From Anthoceros angustus (taxonomy: Eukaryota > Plantae > Anthocerotophyta): a stretch of DNA of 64,000 nt. Below the pieces are notes generated by a model. That model did not search any database, was not told where the DNA came from, and saw only the letters and a program-made list of their open reading frames with translations. Within the stretch, counting starts at the first letter, position 1; each line of letters starts with the position of its first letter. The stretch is taken from positions 496,001 to 560,000 of the forward strand of contig MU008175.1 in the NCBI GenBank assembly GCA_010909165.1, read 5' to 3'. Shown piece after piece: positions 12,424-26,056 of the stretch. A program made the position numbers and the translations under genes.

Positions 12424-15400
12424 ATGGAAGTGCCATTTGTGCACACCGATGCTGTGCACTGGGCACAAGTTCGTGTGCCTTCCGATTATGATGCAGCCGG
12501 CGCCTTCTGCCCGCCTGCAGAAGATTGCGCCGGCGGCGTGGAGAGGACCTGCAGTGAGGCTGTGCCCGGGTTTTCTCACTCCAGTGCCACCATCGTCTGG
12601 TAGGCATTATTCCTCTTCTGGTTGAGGTAACGATTGTAAGTTTGTGGGTTGGCTGACAGTGGAGGGTGACCTGTGCTGTTGCAGGAGAATTCATAGAGCA
12701 CGTCAGACGGAATTGGAGCTCTTGGGGCTGTCGACATCGGAAGACCTACACGAGCGGGGAATTCGTTTGGTGTTTGAAGATGCGTTATCCCCATTTGTGG
12801 TCATCACTCCATGTCAGGTGCGTTAGCTTTTCTAGTTCAGCCTCCGCCTTGTGACACTGTACTCTGGACGGCTGATCACTCAATGTGGAGTTTTGTCAGG
12901 TAGTGACGAGCCAGGGTGCAGTCTATGAGGTACTTGCCTTGACTGTGTCAGGCATCTTGTACATGCTGAAGTTAGGCATTTCTTCCGCCAAAGGGCTGTA
13001 CGTGCAAGAATCAGGCATAGTTGAGCATGATCTGTCGAATCATCTCATGCGTCTCCAGCAAGTCACCTCCATAACGGCAGCTCCAGGTGTGCTCTGCATA
13101 GGCTGTCAGAATGGTTCGGTCCTTTGCGTTCCACTCAACAACCAACTGAAGGACGGGCAAGGTGAATGCTTCTCAGCGTGCCTTTCTGGATGATTGGGGA
13201 GTTCATATAGTGTACTCTCAGTAAGCTTGGATTGATGTGCCAAACTCACCTCCTTCGTCTACTTGGCAGACAATGTCTATGAATTACGGGATGGAGATGC
13301 TGGGCTGAGCCGCCTGTGGGGGTTTGTCACCAGGTGAGCAAGCAATGTGCTTGGGGACTCGGTCTGCAAATCTGACCACACGTTTAATTCTTTCCTGCCT
13401 TCTGGGCCAAGTGTTTAGGGAGTACCATAACGTTTTGGAGGGGCACTGAACCTCCCTACCTTGACTTTTGTGTTTTTGTCTGCGATTAGAGGGAAAACGG
13501 CTGGTCCTGTTACAGGTCTGGCAGCACGCCTGGTTAATGGAACACCAACTCTTTTTGCTCTCCATGAAGATGGAGTTTTGCGGACTTGGGATTTGTTGCA
13601 CCGCACACGCCTCCTTCAGCATGCTATTACTCCTTCTGACACTCCAGGTATGTTTCATGGCGTGTATGCCTCACATCTAACATTTTCCTCGGCATAGTTG
13701 GAGCCAACTGCTTGTTACCAGCTTGTGCATGTCTTATTTTGTCTGCAGCCCGATCACTGTCCATGATGTCTTTGCCTTGTAGGTTTTGTGGCGCAAATGA
13801 TGTGGTTTGAGGAACCTCCAAGCTCTACTGCCTCTTTGAAGTTTGCAGTTCTCTACAGCTTGAAAGATGAGGTAGGAAGTGCGTATGTTTTGCAGAGGTT
13901 TTTTCCTTGCTCTGCACTTCTGAAACAGAGGGTGAGATGACCAGTTGGATATTGATTGTGCCTCAGGAGCGTATGCATCAAACGATTGTTGTATGCAGTC
14001 TTAATCGTGCACAAGGGGATGTTGGGAACCGGCTTAGCAACCTAGTCTCACAACAAGCATTCCCTATTGATCAGGTTTGCTCAGAATCTTCCTTGTGAGA
14101 TTGTGTTCTCAACTGGACCAGTGGTTTGATGTGAGAGCTCGCTGCTGCAGGGGAAAGTCAGAGATGTCAAAATAGTCAATGGCCAGTTGTGGATTCTTCG
14201 TGGAGCAGAGAGTGGTGCCTCCAGAATCCCAAAAGTATACTGTGCAAGTCTGAAAATGTACAACCTGAACCTACTCTTTGTCTGCAGCAAATGTCAAATG
14301 TGAGATGACTTAGTTGCTGACAGAGGAAGCTGCTGCAAAGGTGATAGTTGGATATTGTTTTCGGCTGGCTTGAAAGTACAATATGTTGCACAGGGATGGC
14401 GAGGGTGTACAAACTTGTTTTCTTCAGGAGGCAGACATCAGAGACCACCTACTGCAGGGTCCAGGGCATACATGGGATGACACTTTGTTTGCTGCCCATC
14501 AGCTGAGAGCAGATGCACTGGTACGTTGTCTGTCTAGATTTGGTTGTGGGTGGTGTTTTGGGAGGGAGATGGGATGTTGGGGCAACTCCGCCCTTTTTTT
14601 ATTTCTGTGGAGATTGGGTGGTCTTATATTTGTAGTTTATTCTGCAGGTCTTGAGCGAAGTGGTCTAGATTTTCGTTGTAGGTTGAATCACAAAGTCCAT
14701 ATGTTGCTGTCCAGGGTCTTTCAGGGGTTACTGTTGCAGGCATCTTCCTTCGAAGACTTTTTCAGCTGGGAGTTCTCCAGTATTCCTCGCTTCAGGAAGC
14801 TATGAGGATGCGTGGGAGACAGATGGGTCATTTTGAGTTGCAGTCCCTTTCACAAGAAAACTTGAAGAAAGAGATAGCACTTGCTGTGCAATCTCAGGTA
14901 CTCACCTTGGACTGTTGGTTATTTTTCTCTAATTGGTTGGAACCAAACTGCCTCATTGAAGTCATGTTGTGGTTATCTTTGATATGACCCAGGTGAGTGA
15001 AGAGAACTCTGCACGTGTCTTGCAAGAATGGATGCAGTTTGGCCAGGACTATGTCACAGTGTGGTGTCACAATAGCTCACCATATGGACTTCTAAGTGAT
15101 GCTGCAACTGGAGTAGTGGGCTTGATAAGGAGAAACTCTATATCATTTATGCGTTCTCTAACAGGGGTTGAGCAGCACATCCATGGTAATCTACTATAGC
15201 TCATTACTCATCCTCATACCATTGTTCTCTGAGTCCTCATGTCACATGTTAAATCTGCAGGTGGTCTAGTTGAGGTAGAAGGGGTTCCTCTCTCATCAGA
15301 GTGGGAGGAAGCTCAAGACTTGGCGGTGTTGGCTGGTGTACTCAGATGCACGGAAATGATCAGTAGACACTTAGGAAAGCTAGCGTTGGCTGCATTCCAT

Positions 15401-18400
15401 GAAGCGCTGCTTCGACCTCTGGACAACTCCTTCCACTCTCTTACAACAACGTATATGTCTATATTGGATGTTGGCTACAGTCCTAAGATCCTCAGGAATG
15501 AGAATCCATATGTGGGTTTAGATGAGGCTCGAGACAAAGAACGAGATCATCACTTAAGGCATAGGAAGTTTTCTTTGAATATTTGCCAATCATTGCAGGC
15601 AGTGCACGAAAAGGCAGGAAGCTGGGAGGATGTCATTAACATCATAGAGAAGTATGCGGCATTTCTTATCACTGGTTTTAAGTCTCCAGTCCCAGGGAAA
15701 GCTTCCCAAGCTTCTGCTGGTGGGAGCTTCTACAAGAAAATCCTTGCCCAAATGGCTTGCCAAGTTGCAGTGGTACATTTTCAGGCTGCCAGGAATCTTC
15801 TCCTGCTTCTGAGCTACATGGTTAAAGTCCGCTGGCAGGTATGGTAGTCATCAATGCTGGGACTGTAATTTAATCTGATCTTACTCTGAATGGGTGAAAG
15901 CTTGGAGCTTATGAGTCATCTTGTCTAGAGCAGGTTGGGCTGACTCCAAATGAAGTGTCGAAGATACAGTTAGAAGTGATTCCACAAGTGCAGGAAGCTT
16001 TGACAGTTGGACTCTTAATCCATTGGCTAACCATTACCTCCACTGAAGCTCCACCACCCGAAGACTTCAGTTCCCAGCTGTCGTCACTGCGAATAGGTAT
16101 TTCATCTAGTTGCAATTTGCCATTTGTGTCTGGTGAAGCATCTTGTCAGCATTTTTGTAGATGTTCAATGTGGTGAAACTTAACAATCTGAAACATATGC
16201 CTGAAACAATGGATTTCAACCCTGGTCTTAGTCCAACACCTAAGTATGTTAACAATGACATGTTACTGTACCTGTGCAGATGGTCCTGCCAGAAATGGTG
16301 CACAGGTAGCAAGGAAAGCAGTCTGGGAGAATACGCTAGCCGATATCCTTGCCTCAGCCTATGTGGAGCACGTTGACCTTGAACAGATCGCATCAGCCCA
16401 AGTTCTGCCACCCTCTGAAGTCTTGCTCTGCCATGCGATCCACTTTGTGAGCTGGCTATTGTGGGGCAATAGCAAAGACAGCCCAGCAACCTTTTCCGGA
16501 CGGGCTATAATGTTGTCATGGATTTTGTTGCAGCATGGCCAACATGCTGTGCTGGAGGTGGGACTTGTACCTTTGAATATCACTGTCCGCATCATGCTTG
16601 TTGTTCCCATTTTTGCAGTTATGTCCATCTATTCTGATCTGAATCTCTGGTTTGAAACTGCAGAACTTCATCATCTCTGTTGAACAATTTTCCTCACAAC
16701 AAAAGCTTGCAGATAATATTGAAAGCATGGATGGTGAGTGGAGTGCAAGAGTTCATTTGCTTGGCGTTAGTCTCCTGTCACGAGCTTGTTCGGGATCCCA
16801 GGACACTGGGCAGAAGCAGATTGAAGAAGCTGTTCGTTGCTTCTTCAGGTGTGTGTGATGTCTAGTTGCTGGATGAAGATGGGTCAGGTTCTTCAAGCAA
16901 CATGCTGCCTGCAATTTTGCAAAGAGCTTCTAACGGAAGTTTAATGTGTGTCTCATCACCAAGCAGAGCAGCATCTGGTATTGGAGAAGCAAACAAGTTG
17001 CTGCCGGCGCTGCTACTGGGTGCAGGTCAAGAGCAAACTCTGCCTGGTTGGTGCCTAATTTTTTTTTTTTTCCCCACAGGTTGCTTGAGGCTTCTGTCTC
17101 TTCTGACCCAGAAACTTTTATCTTTGACATTGGCAGCGCATAATGGCTCTACTGCAGCATTGAAGCTGGACTATTTTGAAGGGGTAATGCAGATTTTTGA
17201 ACGGTACAAGTTCAATGAAGGGGCTTGCAGATTTGCTCATGCAGCCCTGGAACAAGTGGATGCAGCTTTTGGAACTCCTTGTGATAAGGAAATGTTAGAA
17301 ACTATCAAAGGTCGTCTATGGGCAAATGTTTTCAAGTTTTCATTGGATCTGGAGCTGTATGAGGATGCTTATTGTGCAATTGTATCCAATCCCGATGGGG
17401 AGATCAAGCAGACCTGTCTTCGGCGTTTCATAGTTGTCTTGTGTGAAAAGAAAGCCGTTGAGGTGCGGGCGGAGTCTACACTTATTCAATTCATGTGTTC
17501 AAGCAGTTCTTGTGACCTTGTCAAGCCTTCAAGTGTCAAATCCTTCTTGACCATCACTTCCATTTGGTTGAGGATTATATATTGCTTAACGCAGGTCATC
17601 TTCTGAACCCTTGCCAAGGTTCAGACAAACTGAAGTCATGGAATGTGCCTACAGGTCCTGTGTGGTCAAGAGTTGCCTTATGTTGAGCTTCTTGAACAAG
17701 TTGAGGAAGAGCTTACTTGGAAGGTACATCAGAAATGGCCCTGGTTATGTTGAGCAGAGATCAGGATCAAATGCAGCAGCTTTACGAATTTGTTTGGCTC
17801 ATCCTGCAGGCGGAGAATTCTGGTATCTACTCCAGACCCAATCCTTACAAGCTTCTCTACGCATTCAATATGCATCGTCACAATTGGCGACGAGCAGCTG
17901 CACACATGTATCGTTATGCTCTGCGGATTAGGAGCGAAGGAATCTCCAAGTCGAAAGGACAGGCTTCCACTTTTCTACAGGAACAGCTGAATGGGATAGC
18001 TGCAGCTATGAATGCCCTGCAGCTTGTGGGAGAGTCCCGTGCTTGGATAGAGTGCTCTTCTTTTACCTCGACCTCTTTAGACTGGGCGTCACCTACCAAG
18101 CGACCACGAATTACTTCTGGTATGGCAGAGTCACTCTTTCTGCATAGCTGGTACAATGTTTCAGCCGTGTGTACTGCTTTGGTAGGTGGACACTTGCAAA
18201 TGACCTGCATTTTCTGTTCATGTACGCTCACCAGGAAGCTCTCCAGATGTTGTGAAGTCAGCTCCTCGGCGCATTGTCGATCTAAAGCAGTTAGAGAAAG
18301 AGTATGCCATCACTTTTGCTAGAAAGCAACTTGTGGATGCTGACATCAGTACTCCTATACCAGGTGAGTTCTACTGACTCAGGTGTGCGAATGTTCCTCT

Positions 18401-19906
18401 TGTGTCCGTTTTGTTGTGCAGCCATCATTTGCGATAGGGTTCAGAGAGTAGAAGGCCATAAAATGTCATTCTTGTCTTCCAGGAGAGAACACTTCACCGG
18501 CAGAAATTGTGCACTTGCTAGTGGAGCTAGGTCTCTATGAAACTGCGTTTTCATTGCTTTTCCTTTTCTGGAAAGATTCATCTCTCAAAAGGTGCGTGAT
18601 CTTTGTCATGGCTGCTGACTATTGGAAGGTGCTCTACTTTTGAGCCGTTCTTGGCTTTAATGGTTGCTTGTTTGTGGGATACAGAGAGCTGGGGACAGTC
18701 TTTCAGACAATGGCAAGAAAATGTTGCTCTTTGCAGTTGCAGGAAGCTTCTCCTAATTCTGCGCAGTGAGTCCATGGCACAGAGATGAATTGTTGCTGCT
18801 TTCACAACACCGGAGGCAGCTTGTTATGTATAGCACGTTAACGTGATTAGTTGGACGTGGATCTTTCAGGGCTCTTACTTACAAACCATTAAGGCTGTTA
18901 CTCGCCCATGCCCCAAGCACTGACAAGTCAGATATTGACGAGCTAATAACCAAACTCCCAGCTACATCAACTGCAAAGACTGCTTGGCAAGCCCTCCAGT
19001 CATATCTGGTAAGCACAGGAAGAGTGTTGTTTTGTTCTAGTACGGCTTCATTGGCTAATTCTTGCTCCTCAATCGGTTCCATCAGCTAATTCTTGCTCCT
19101 CGATCGGTTCCATTAGCTAATGCTTGCTCCTCGATGCTACAGACCAGGTATAACAAAGAATATCCGCATCTGGCCGTGGCTGTTGCGGAGACAATTTTGT
19201 CGTCTCACAATCACATGGAACTACCACTGTGGCTGGTGGACATCTTTAGGGTATGTAAAAGACCACTCATTCCATGGCCCTGTGAAAAGTTGTTCTCGGC
19301 TTCATGAGGATCAAATACATGATGAAGTAGTGACCTGGATGCTTCATGTGTTCAGGGTGGACGGCATGCGAGTCCATACGGTATGGCAGGGCAGTCAGCA
19401 GATCCAGCTGCTCTGCTACGGATGTACTTAGAGTTCGACTATATAGCAGAAGCAACGACGTTCCTCCTCGAGTCTCTTCAGGCGTGGGCAAACTTGGTAA
19501 GCTGAAGCAAGTCAGTCAGGCCTTGATCGTCTCTAACTTCGATCGTGAAAATCTAACTAAACCATCCGTCTCTGTGCTGCAGAGGCCTGCTGATATCATG
19601 AGGCGGAAACGCACTTCTGCTGTCTGGTTTCCGTATATGTTGATCGGCCGACTACAATCCCGACTCTCCGAACTCGCCTCCAGCGACAAGCCAGACATGC
19701 AGAATCTCCAAGCCTCCTTGGACGCCGTGTTGCAGAAGCATTTCGATCAAGTAAGTCCCTCCAAAATAACCAGTCTAGTCTGCCACCGCGGCCCTCGCGA
19801 GCACCATTCGCATTCGCTCAACCTAATCGCGTCGCCTGCGCAGATCAAGGTGGATTCCGAGGACGTTCTTTCGCTGGCGCAGTCTAACGGGGTGCCTGCA
19901 CATTAG
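12424..19906 (+). CDS. NUP160: Nuclear pore complex protein NUP160 (multi-exon, >20 short introns)
   Basis: N-terminus MEVPFVHTDAVHWAQVRVP..PPAEDCAG. Internal EAPPPEDFSSQLSSL, KGRLWANVFKFSLDL..AYCAIVSNPD..CLRRFIVVLCE, PNPYKLLYAFNMHRHNWRRAAAHMY and LPLWLV. C-terminal RPADIMRRKR..VWFPY. These match plant NUP160/SAR1. Stop TAG at 19904-19906. Confidence 0.92.
19043..19135 (+). repeat. 31-bp triplication within a NUP160 intron
   Basis: Three diverged copies of GGTTCCATyAGCTAATTCTTGCTCCTCGATC just upstream of the 3' splice site. Confidence 0.85.
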
Positions 19907-20846
19907 CCTTGCTCGCGGCAGGTGGCGGGATTTTACAGGAAGCTTCCTGGATTGGAGCGACACTTGTAGCCTTGAAAGATGATGTACACTATGCCACGGG
20001 ACTTATCTCTTCAATCATAGACCATAACGAGTCGAGTCAGCAAGCCAATAAGGGGCCTGAGCGGTCAAGGGTCGGTCTCGTCACCGTGGTTATCCCTCCC
20101 CTTGTTCAGACAGCACGTTTTGTTCACGGAATCTGTGGCGAACGGAACGGGACGGAACGGCACAAGTCTGAGAGACGAGAGGGAGGCGAGTGGAAGGGAA
20201 CAAACGGGAGTCTCCCATTCCCGATGTGGCTTCTGCCCGTGGCATGCAGGCGCCTATATAGGTGCTCTGTTGCGCAGCACAAGCAGCGAATATCTCCATT
20301 TGGTCCGCAGGAATCTGGAAGCGATGCCCACGGGCTGTAGCAGTACCGGACAGAATCCTCCGCTTTGCTGTTTCTGCGAGCAACTTGGAGCCCACCAGCA
20401 GTTCGGTCTCCGTCTGGCCTGGATTCCTGGAAATGGATTGTGCATGGCCAGCAGGAGCCCGTTGCGCTTGAATCTCCCGCACGGTAGGGCTCGCATGCCC
20501 AATTTCGGACCGGCCGGAGGCAATTGAGGCGATCCGCTCTTGGATTTGAGGCTTGACAGCCCGCCTGCTGCGATTGGGGCCAGGGTTTGGAGGTAGGAGC
20601 TGGATGGAGGGCTGAGGTGCGGGCCCCGCGCAATGGCGCTGCATGGAGAGTTTGGGTGATGTTTCTTGCTGCTGAAAGGGCAGGCATCTGGGTTGCCAAT
20701 GCTGTCAATTGGGGAGGGGTGATTTTGTGATCTTGATGTTTCTGGTCTCGTTTGTTGTTGGGAAAGCAATCTCGCCATTCTGCAAGCGCAGGGGAATCGC
20801 CGGAAGCTTCGTGCTACGCCATCCATGCAGTCGGTCGAGGTTCAAG

Positions 20847-23800
20847 ATGTACGCTGTGGGACGGTACATATCGCAGGGAGTGTACACTGTTGCCGGCCCC
20901 TTTCATCCGTTCGGTGGTGCAGTGGACATTATTGTTGTTGAGCAGGAGGATGGCACTTTCAAGAGCACTCCCTGGAATGTTAAGTTCGGCAAATTCCAGG
21001 GAGTTCTCAAACGGAGTGAGAAGATTGTGGACATCGCCGTCAATGATGTCGCAGCTCCTTTCCACATGTATATGGATCAGAAAGGGGAGGCCTACTTCCT
21101 CAAGGATGTGGAGGGGGGCAATAAAGAGGACAAGGTGTTGTCGCCCCCGAGTAATCCGTCTTCTGGAGATGAGACCACTGTGGAGCCACTGGCTATTGAG
21201 GATTCTAAGCCTGAAGAGGATCAGGCAGCGAAGGTGGCCTGGCAGACTGCTGCAGATGAAGAGCTTAGGAAGCAGCTGGAAACTGCCGCTGAGTTTGATC
21301 TGAAGGAGCTTATTGAGGAGGAACCTGAGACGGAGGGCCGGGGGAAGGGCAGTTTGGTGCTCAGGACGCAGAACTCAGCTGGTTTGCCTCAGCAGTATGA
21401 GCTTGTTGTGGGCTTCCCGGATGAGGAAAGCTTGAACGCTGTACGGATGGAGACTAAGGATTCGACGCATCTTCAGGAACTTGGTGATACTCCGTCCGCG
21501 TCTGATAAGGGGCCAGTAGAAGGTGATTCTGCACAGGCTTCCGCTGGTGAGCAAGCAGGATTGGTGCCATCGAGAGTTTCGGAAGTATCAGAGTCAAGTG
21601 AGCAGGGGGGTGACCCAAGTCCTCATGCGACTTCAGGCAGTGCTCTTCAAAACGCTGTTGCAGACTTAGTAGCAACTGGGGCTCCGACAGAGGAAACTGG
21701 GGATAAGGCAAGTACTGCAATACATTCTTTGCTTAACAGAGCGGTTGGACTGAACTCTCCTTTGACAAGGCCAGCTACAGCACTTGTTGCAAATGCTGCG
21801 TTAAACTCCCTTACCAATGCTGTCTCACGTGCTGATTTCTCTCCTGGGGGCACTCACAAGACTGATGCACCTGAGGAGCAGAAGGAGGAGAACCTCGAAT
21901 CCGCATCTGAAGTTGCTGCTTCACATGAGCCAAGCAAGGATTCACAGTCACAGACTATTAATGGCACGGATGAAGCAAGCCTCACGGCGGGTGTTCCTGT
22001 TAATGAGACTGAGACGGCAGCCGTGGAGAACCCTGTTGTCTCAGGGTCGGAGATCACTGAGGAGGAAGCAGTCAAGGGCCCAGAGCAACAGGTTGTTGAT
22101 CCTGATTCAGCTGGTCAACTAGCTTTGGGCTCTAGCGCTCTTGGTGTCTCAGGGGTTGAGATATCACTATGTAGGCATCTGCTGACAGAGGGCATGGGTG
22201 TTGAGGCTGCTGCCAAAGCTTTTAACTCGGCCATTGTATCTTTAGATACCTTTAGGAAGTCACCAGTCACCGTCACTTCAAATGGCAAACTAGTCGTCAA
22301 GCTGTGCGGGCACTACTACCCTTGGACTACAGCAGCACCGACAGTACTAGGAATGCTTGCCTTTGGTCAGGTTATTATTCCTGAGACGAACTTTGGAGGT
22401 GCCATTAAGGTTGAGGCCACTGAGAGTAAACCTGCAACAGGCACGTTGGTTCCAACTGCGAGTGGTGGATGGACACTTTGGCCTTTTACAAGTAGAAGAC
22501 AAAAGACTCCACAGAAAGGTAGTATCCCACAATTGACAAGTGAAGAGCTACTAGTTGCGACAGACATTGCAATTGAGAACCCTTTGACTCAGGAGCTTCT
22601 GAGAAAGAATGGCTATTACAAACGACTGAGGAAGAACAAGGTGCGAACAAATATTCCGAGTTCGGAACAACTTGCTACATTGAATTTGAAGGAGGGAAAG
22701 AACACAATTACTTTCACCTTCATGACCCGGGTACTTGGCAAGCAACAGGTGCGTGGGCTTTCAGCCAGTTTTTAGTCTTCTCACTTTTGCATGTCCAAGT
22801 CAGAAGTCCCTTGAAGAAGATATTATGGTTCAATAGGTGTCAGTTAAGTCATCAAGATCTAGATGACTGTGTGAGGGTGGTTCATCTTTTTTATGTTGGT
22901 CCTCTCGTGCACTCCCTGTATTTTGTTGTGGTGCGATGCTAGTAAGTTCTCACCTTCAGTTGAGAGTGAAGTTGTAATGGTGTGGTGTCTTGCTTTCTCA
23001 GGTGGACGCTCGCATTTATTTGTGGAAATGGAATACCAGGGTGGTGATCTCAGATGTAGACGGGACAATCACAAAGTGAGTCTTGAGACTCATTTCTTCT
23101 GTGAAATCGTTTTCCACGTGGATGTGACTTACCCAGATTTGTAAAGCCTAGTCACTTGTGCTAGGCCCTGAAATGTCCATTTTAAGCCCTGAAGTGCGTT
23201 GCCATTGGGTTCACCTGACGCGGTCCTGTGTTGTCTGCTGTACAGGTCAGATGTTTTGGGACAGGTGTTCTTTCTTGTTGGCAAGGATTGGACTCAGTCC
23301 GGAGTAGCACGACTCTTTTCTGCTATCAAGGTTGGTTCCCTGGTTGTCCCTAAAAAGGGAGGTTGGAATTATTCTAAAGCACGTTGTGCTGATCATCATG
23401 CCATGCTTTTGTTGATTTTTTGTTGCATAACAGGAAAATGGTTATGAACTTATGTTCCTGAGTGCCCGTTCAATCTCCCAAGCCTACATCACTCGCCAGT
23501 TCCTTCTGAACTTAAAGCAGGTGCCCCATTATCAGGAGTGTCCGCGAAGAGTGTTCTATAAGATGTCTCAACTGTCCGACAAGCAAGAGAACATACTCAC
23601 TTGACTTTTTGCAGGATGGAGAACCCCTCCCAGATGGACCAGTTGTCATCTCACCTGATGGACTGTTTCCATCACTTTACAGAGAAGGTGAAAAGCACTA
23701 CGTGCATGTGAATTTCAGTAGGGGTTGGTGAACGTGATTTTGCTACACCACTTCTTGCTGGGATTGCGTGTCTAAAATTATCCCTATCTTTGAATGTTTT

Positions 23801-24529
23801 GTGACTTCCAGTTATTCGAAGAGCGCCTCACGAATTCAAGATTGCATGCCTGCAGGTGAGCTTTGTGTGTAAGCACATTTGCGTTTTTCACTGAATAAGG
23901 GAGTTGTCATGTCATCTCTGTTTCGTGTGAAGAAAGGTGTGATAGTTTTTCATCATGTGGTTGGAATTGCAGTCACACTGGAGATGTCTCTGGCACGCTG
24001 CAGGAAATCAGGTCTCTCTTTCCGTCTGAATGCAACCCATTTTATGCGGGATTTGGGAATCGGGAGACTGATGCAATCAGTTATCTGAAAGTGGGGATTC
24101 CGAAGGGCAAAATATTTATCATCAACCCGAAGGTGCCCATTCTTTGTATGACCTGTTCAGTGTTTCTAGAATTTGTAAATGCTGATTGTTCAAGCTGAGG
24201 AAATTGAATTGCATAATGTGTCAACAGGGTGAGGTAGTAGTGAACAACCTTGCTGACGTGCGAACTTACACCTCTCTTCACAAGCTCGTTGACGAGATGT
24301 TTCCAGCAAAGACAACATATTTACTGGTAAGATCCTGTCAAAATTTTGGCACCCCAGCAGTAGACAAGGGACATGAAGCATTGTACGCAGGAAAAGGTGG
24401 TTGGTGTTGGCTAATGGTGATGGGTGATGTGACTTACAGGAAGACTACAATTCCTGGAATTTTTGGAAGATGCCCCTTCCTGACATCGAAGATGAAATGA
24501 GCAGCAACAGCAAAAGGTATGTCGGCTAG
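20847..24529 (+). CDS. PAH: Lipin-family Mg2+-dependent phosphatidate phosphatase (PAH1/PAH2-like), ~9 exons
   Basis: N-LIP domain [46 protein letters not shown] motif [16 protein letters not shown] spans exons at 23002-23075 and 23246-23330. Also [30 protein letters not shown] and [16 protein letters not shown]. The 3' end could instead splice to a stop at 24600. Confidence 0.95.
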
Positions 24530-24978
24530 GGAGCTCTTGAACCTACAGCGTTACCGCATTTTCAGTGATCACACGTTGCAGACTAGTTGTGGTTGCATGA
24601 CAACGATGATACTGGATGTGGGTGTGTGTAGTCTGGTCCTTACCACCAAGAAAGGTGTCAAGTGACGGTGGGTGAGCCCCCCTGACAAGATACGAACTTG
24701 TCGCTCAAGTTCGGGTTACCGGAGCAGTTCAGGTTCATTGTACAGTATGTGATGGCGATTGTCACTGCAGTGATCCGGAACTTGTAGAAAGGTGTAGAGC
24801 GGCGCATTGGCTATCATTGTTAGAGCTTGGGTCCTTATTGGGTCCCCCATTGAGATATGTGTTCATGTGAGGCAGACATTCGCACACCTACCTTATTCAC
24901 GGGTGAGTGACACAGCATTGCTGTCATTCCTTGAGTGGCAGATGAGAAATTTTGCTGCCATCCAAGCTAAGGTGTGTG

Positions 24979-25166
24979 CTTGAGCTTGAGCTTTGAGCTT
25001 TGAGCTTTGAGCTTTGAGCTTTGAGCTTTGAGCTTTTGAGCTTTTGAGCTTTTGAGCTTTTGAGCTTTTGAGCTTTTGAGCTTTGAGCTTTGAGCTTTGA
25101 GCTTTGAGCTTTGAGCTTTGAGCTTTGAGCTTTGAGCTTGAGCTTGAGCTTGAGCTTGAGCTTGAG
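24979..25166. repeat. Compound microsatellite (TTTGAGC)n/(TTTTGAGC)n/(TTGAGC)n
   Basis: Read directly; unit length switches 6, 7, 8, 7, 6 bp. Confidence 0.95.
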
Positions 25167-25647
25167 AGGTGACAAGAAGAAGCTGACTCTCGCCGGCTGA
25201 GCCACTGACCGTGTGAGGGTGGGAAGCAGGCTAGCATGAGAGAAAGCGGGTCTCCCCTCAAACCCTCCTCGGGAGTGCCGCGAAGGTAGGTGGGTCCGGT
25301 CCATATATCATATTATAACAAACTGTAGTAATATATCCTCTCCTGCTTAAGCATCATTGCCTTCAACTTGTTGGTGCTAGTGACATAGGTGTACAGAGGT
25401 GCAGCAGCCCTGCGGATGATGGCCCCGAGGCCCGGGCTCCGGCCTCTGCCACCCAGAATAAAATAACACATGGATCTGAATCCGCGAGCGGCCCAAAGTA
25501 CAAATCTCCTAATCCTTGCATATTAACCCAGGTATGATGGGAATGATGAATTGTGCTCCGCTTGTTTTTCCTGCTACTTGAAGGCAAAAGCAGTACATGA
25601 TTGGGCGGGGCGGCCGCATCTTTCCTTCTTTTTGCTCCTACATGCCG

Positions 25648-26056
25648 CGGCTGCTGCCTGCTGCCTGCTGCCTGCTGCCTGCTGCCTGCTGCAGCTGCTC
25701 CTCCTCCTCCTCCTCCTCCTGGGTCCCAGACACACCTCACGTTCACACGCGCCGCCACAAGATCGGGCCCGGATCATGGTTGCTGTCATGTCCTGCCCCT
25801 GCTCTCCTGTTGTGGAGTGCGCCTGAAGCTTTCTCGGGCCTGGGACGCGGGACCCGGCACCCGGCACCCGGGACCCGGGACCCAGCACCCAGCACCGAGG
25901 CCAGGGTACTCTTCACTGTCTTCTTCTTCTTCTGCTACATACATACAGTCCTTCCTTCCTTCCTTCCTTCCTTCCTTCCTTCTTTCCTTCCGCTGCTTTG
26001 TTTTGTGTGCCTGCCTCTGCCTCTGCCTCTGCCTCTGCCTGTGTGTGTGTGTGTGT
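25648..26056. repeat. Cluster of SSRs: (GCTGCCT)n, (CCT)n, (ACCCGGC/G)n, (CTTC)n, (CTGCCT)n, (GT)n
   Basis: Read directly. Confidence 0.9.

Noticed and set aside
20709-20846. N-terminal extension of PAH from the TTG start in the ORF track
   Set aside because: The conserved lipin N-terminus begins at ATG 20847; the upstream part is probably UTR or intron.
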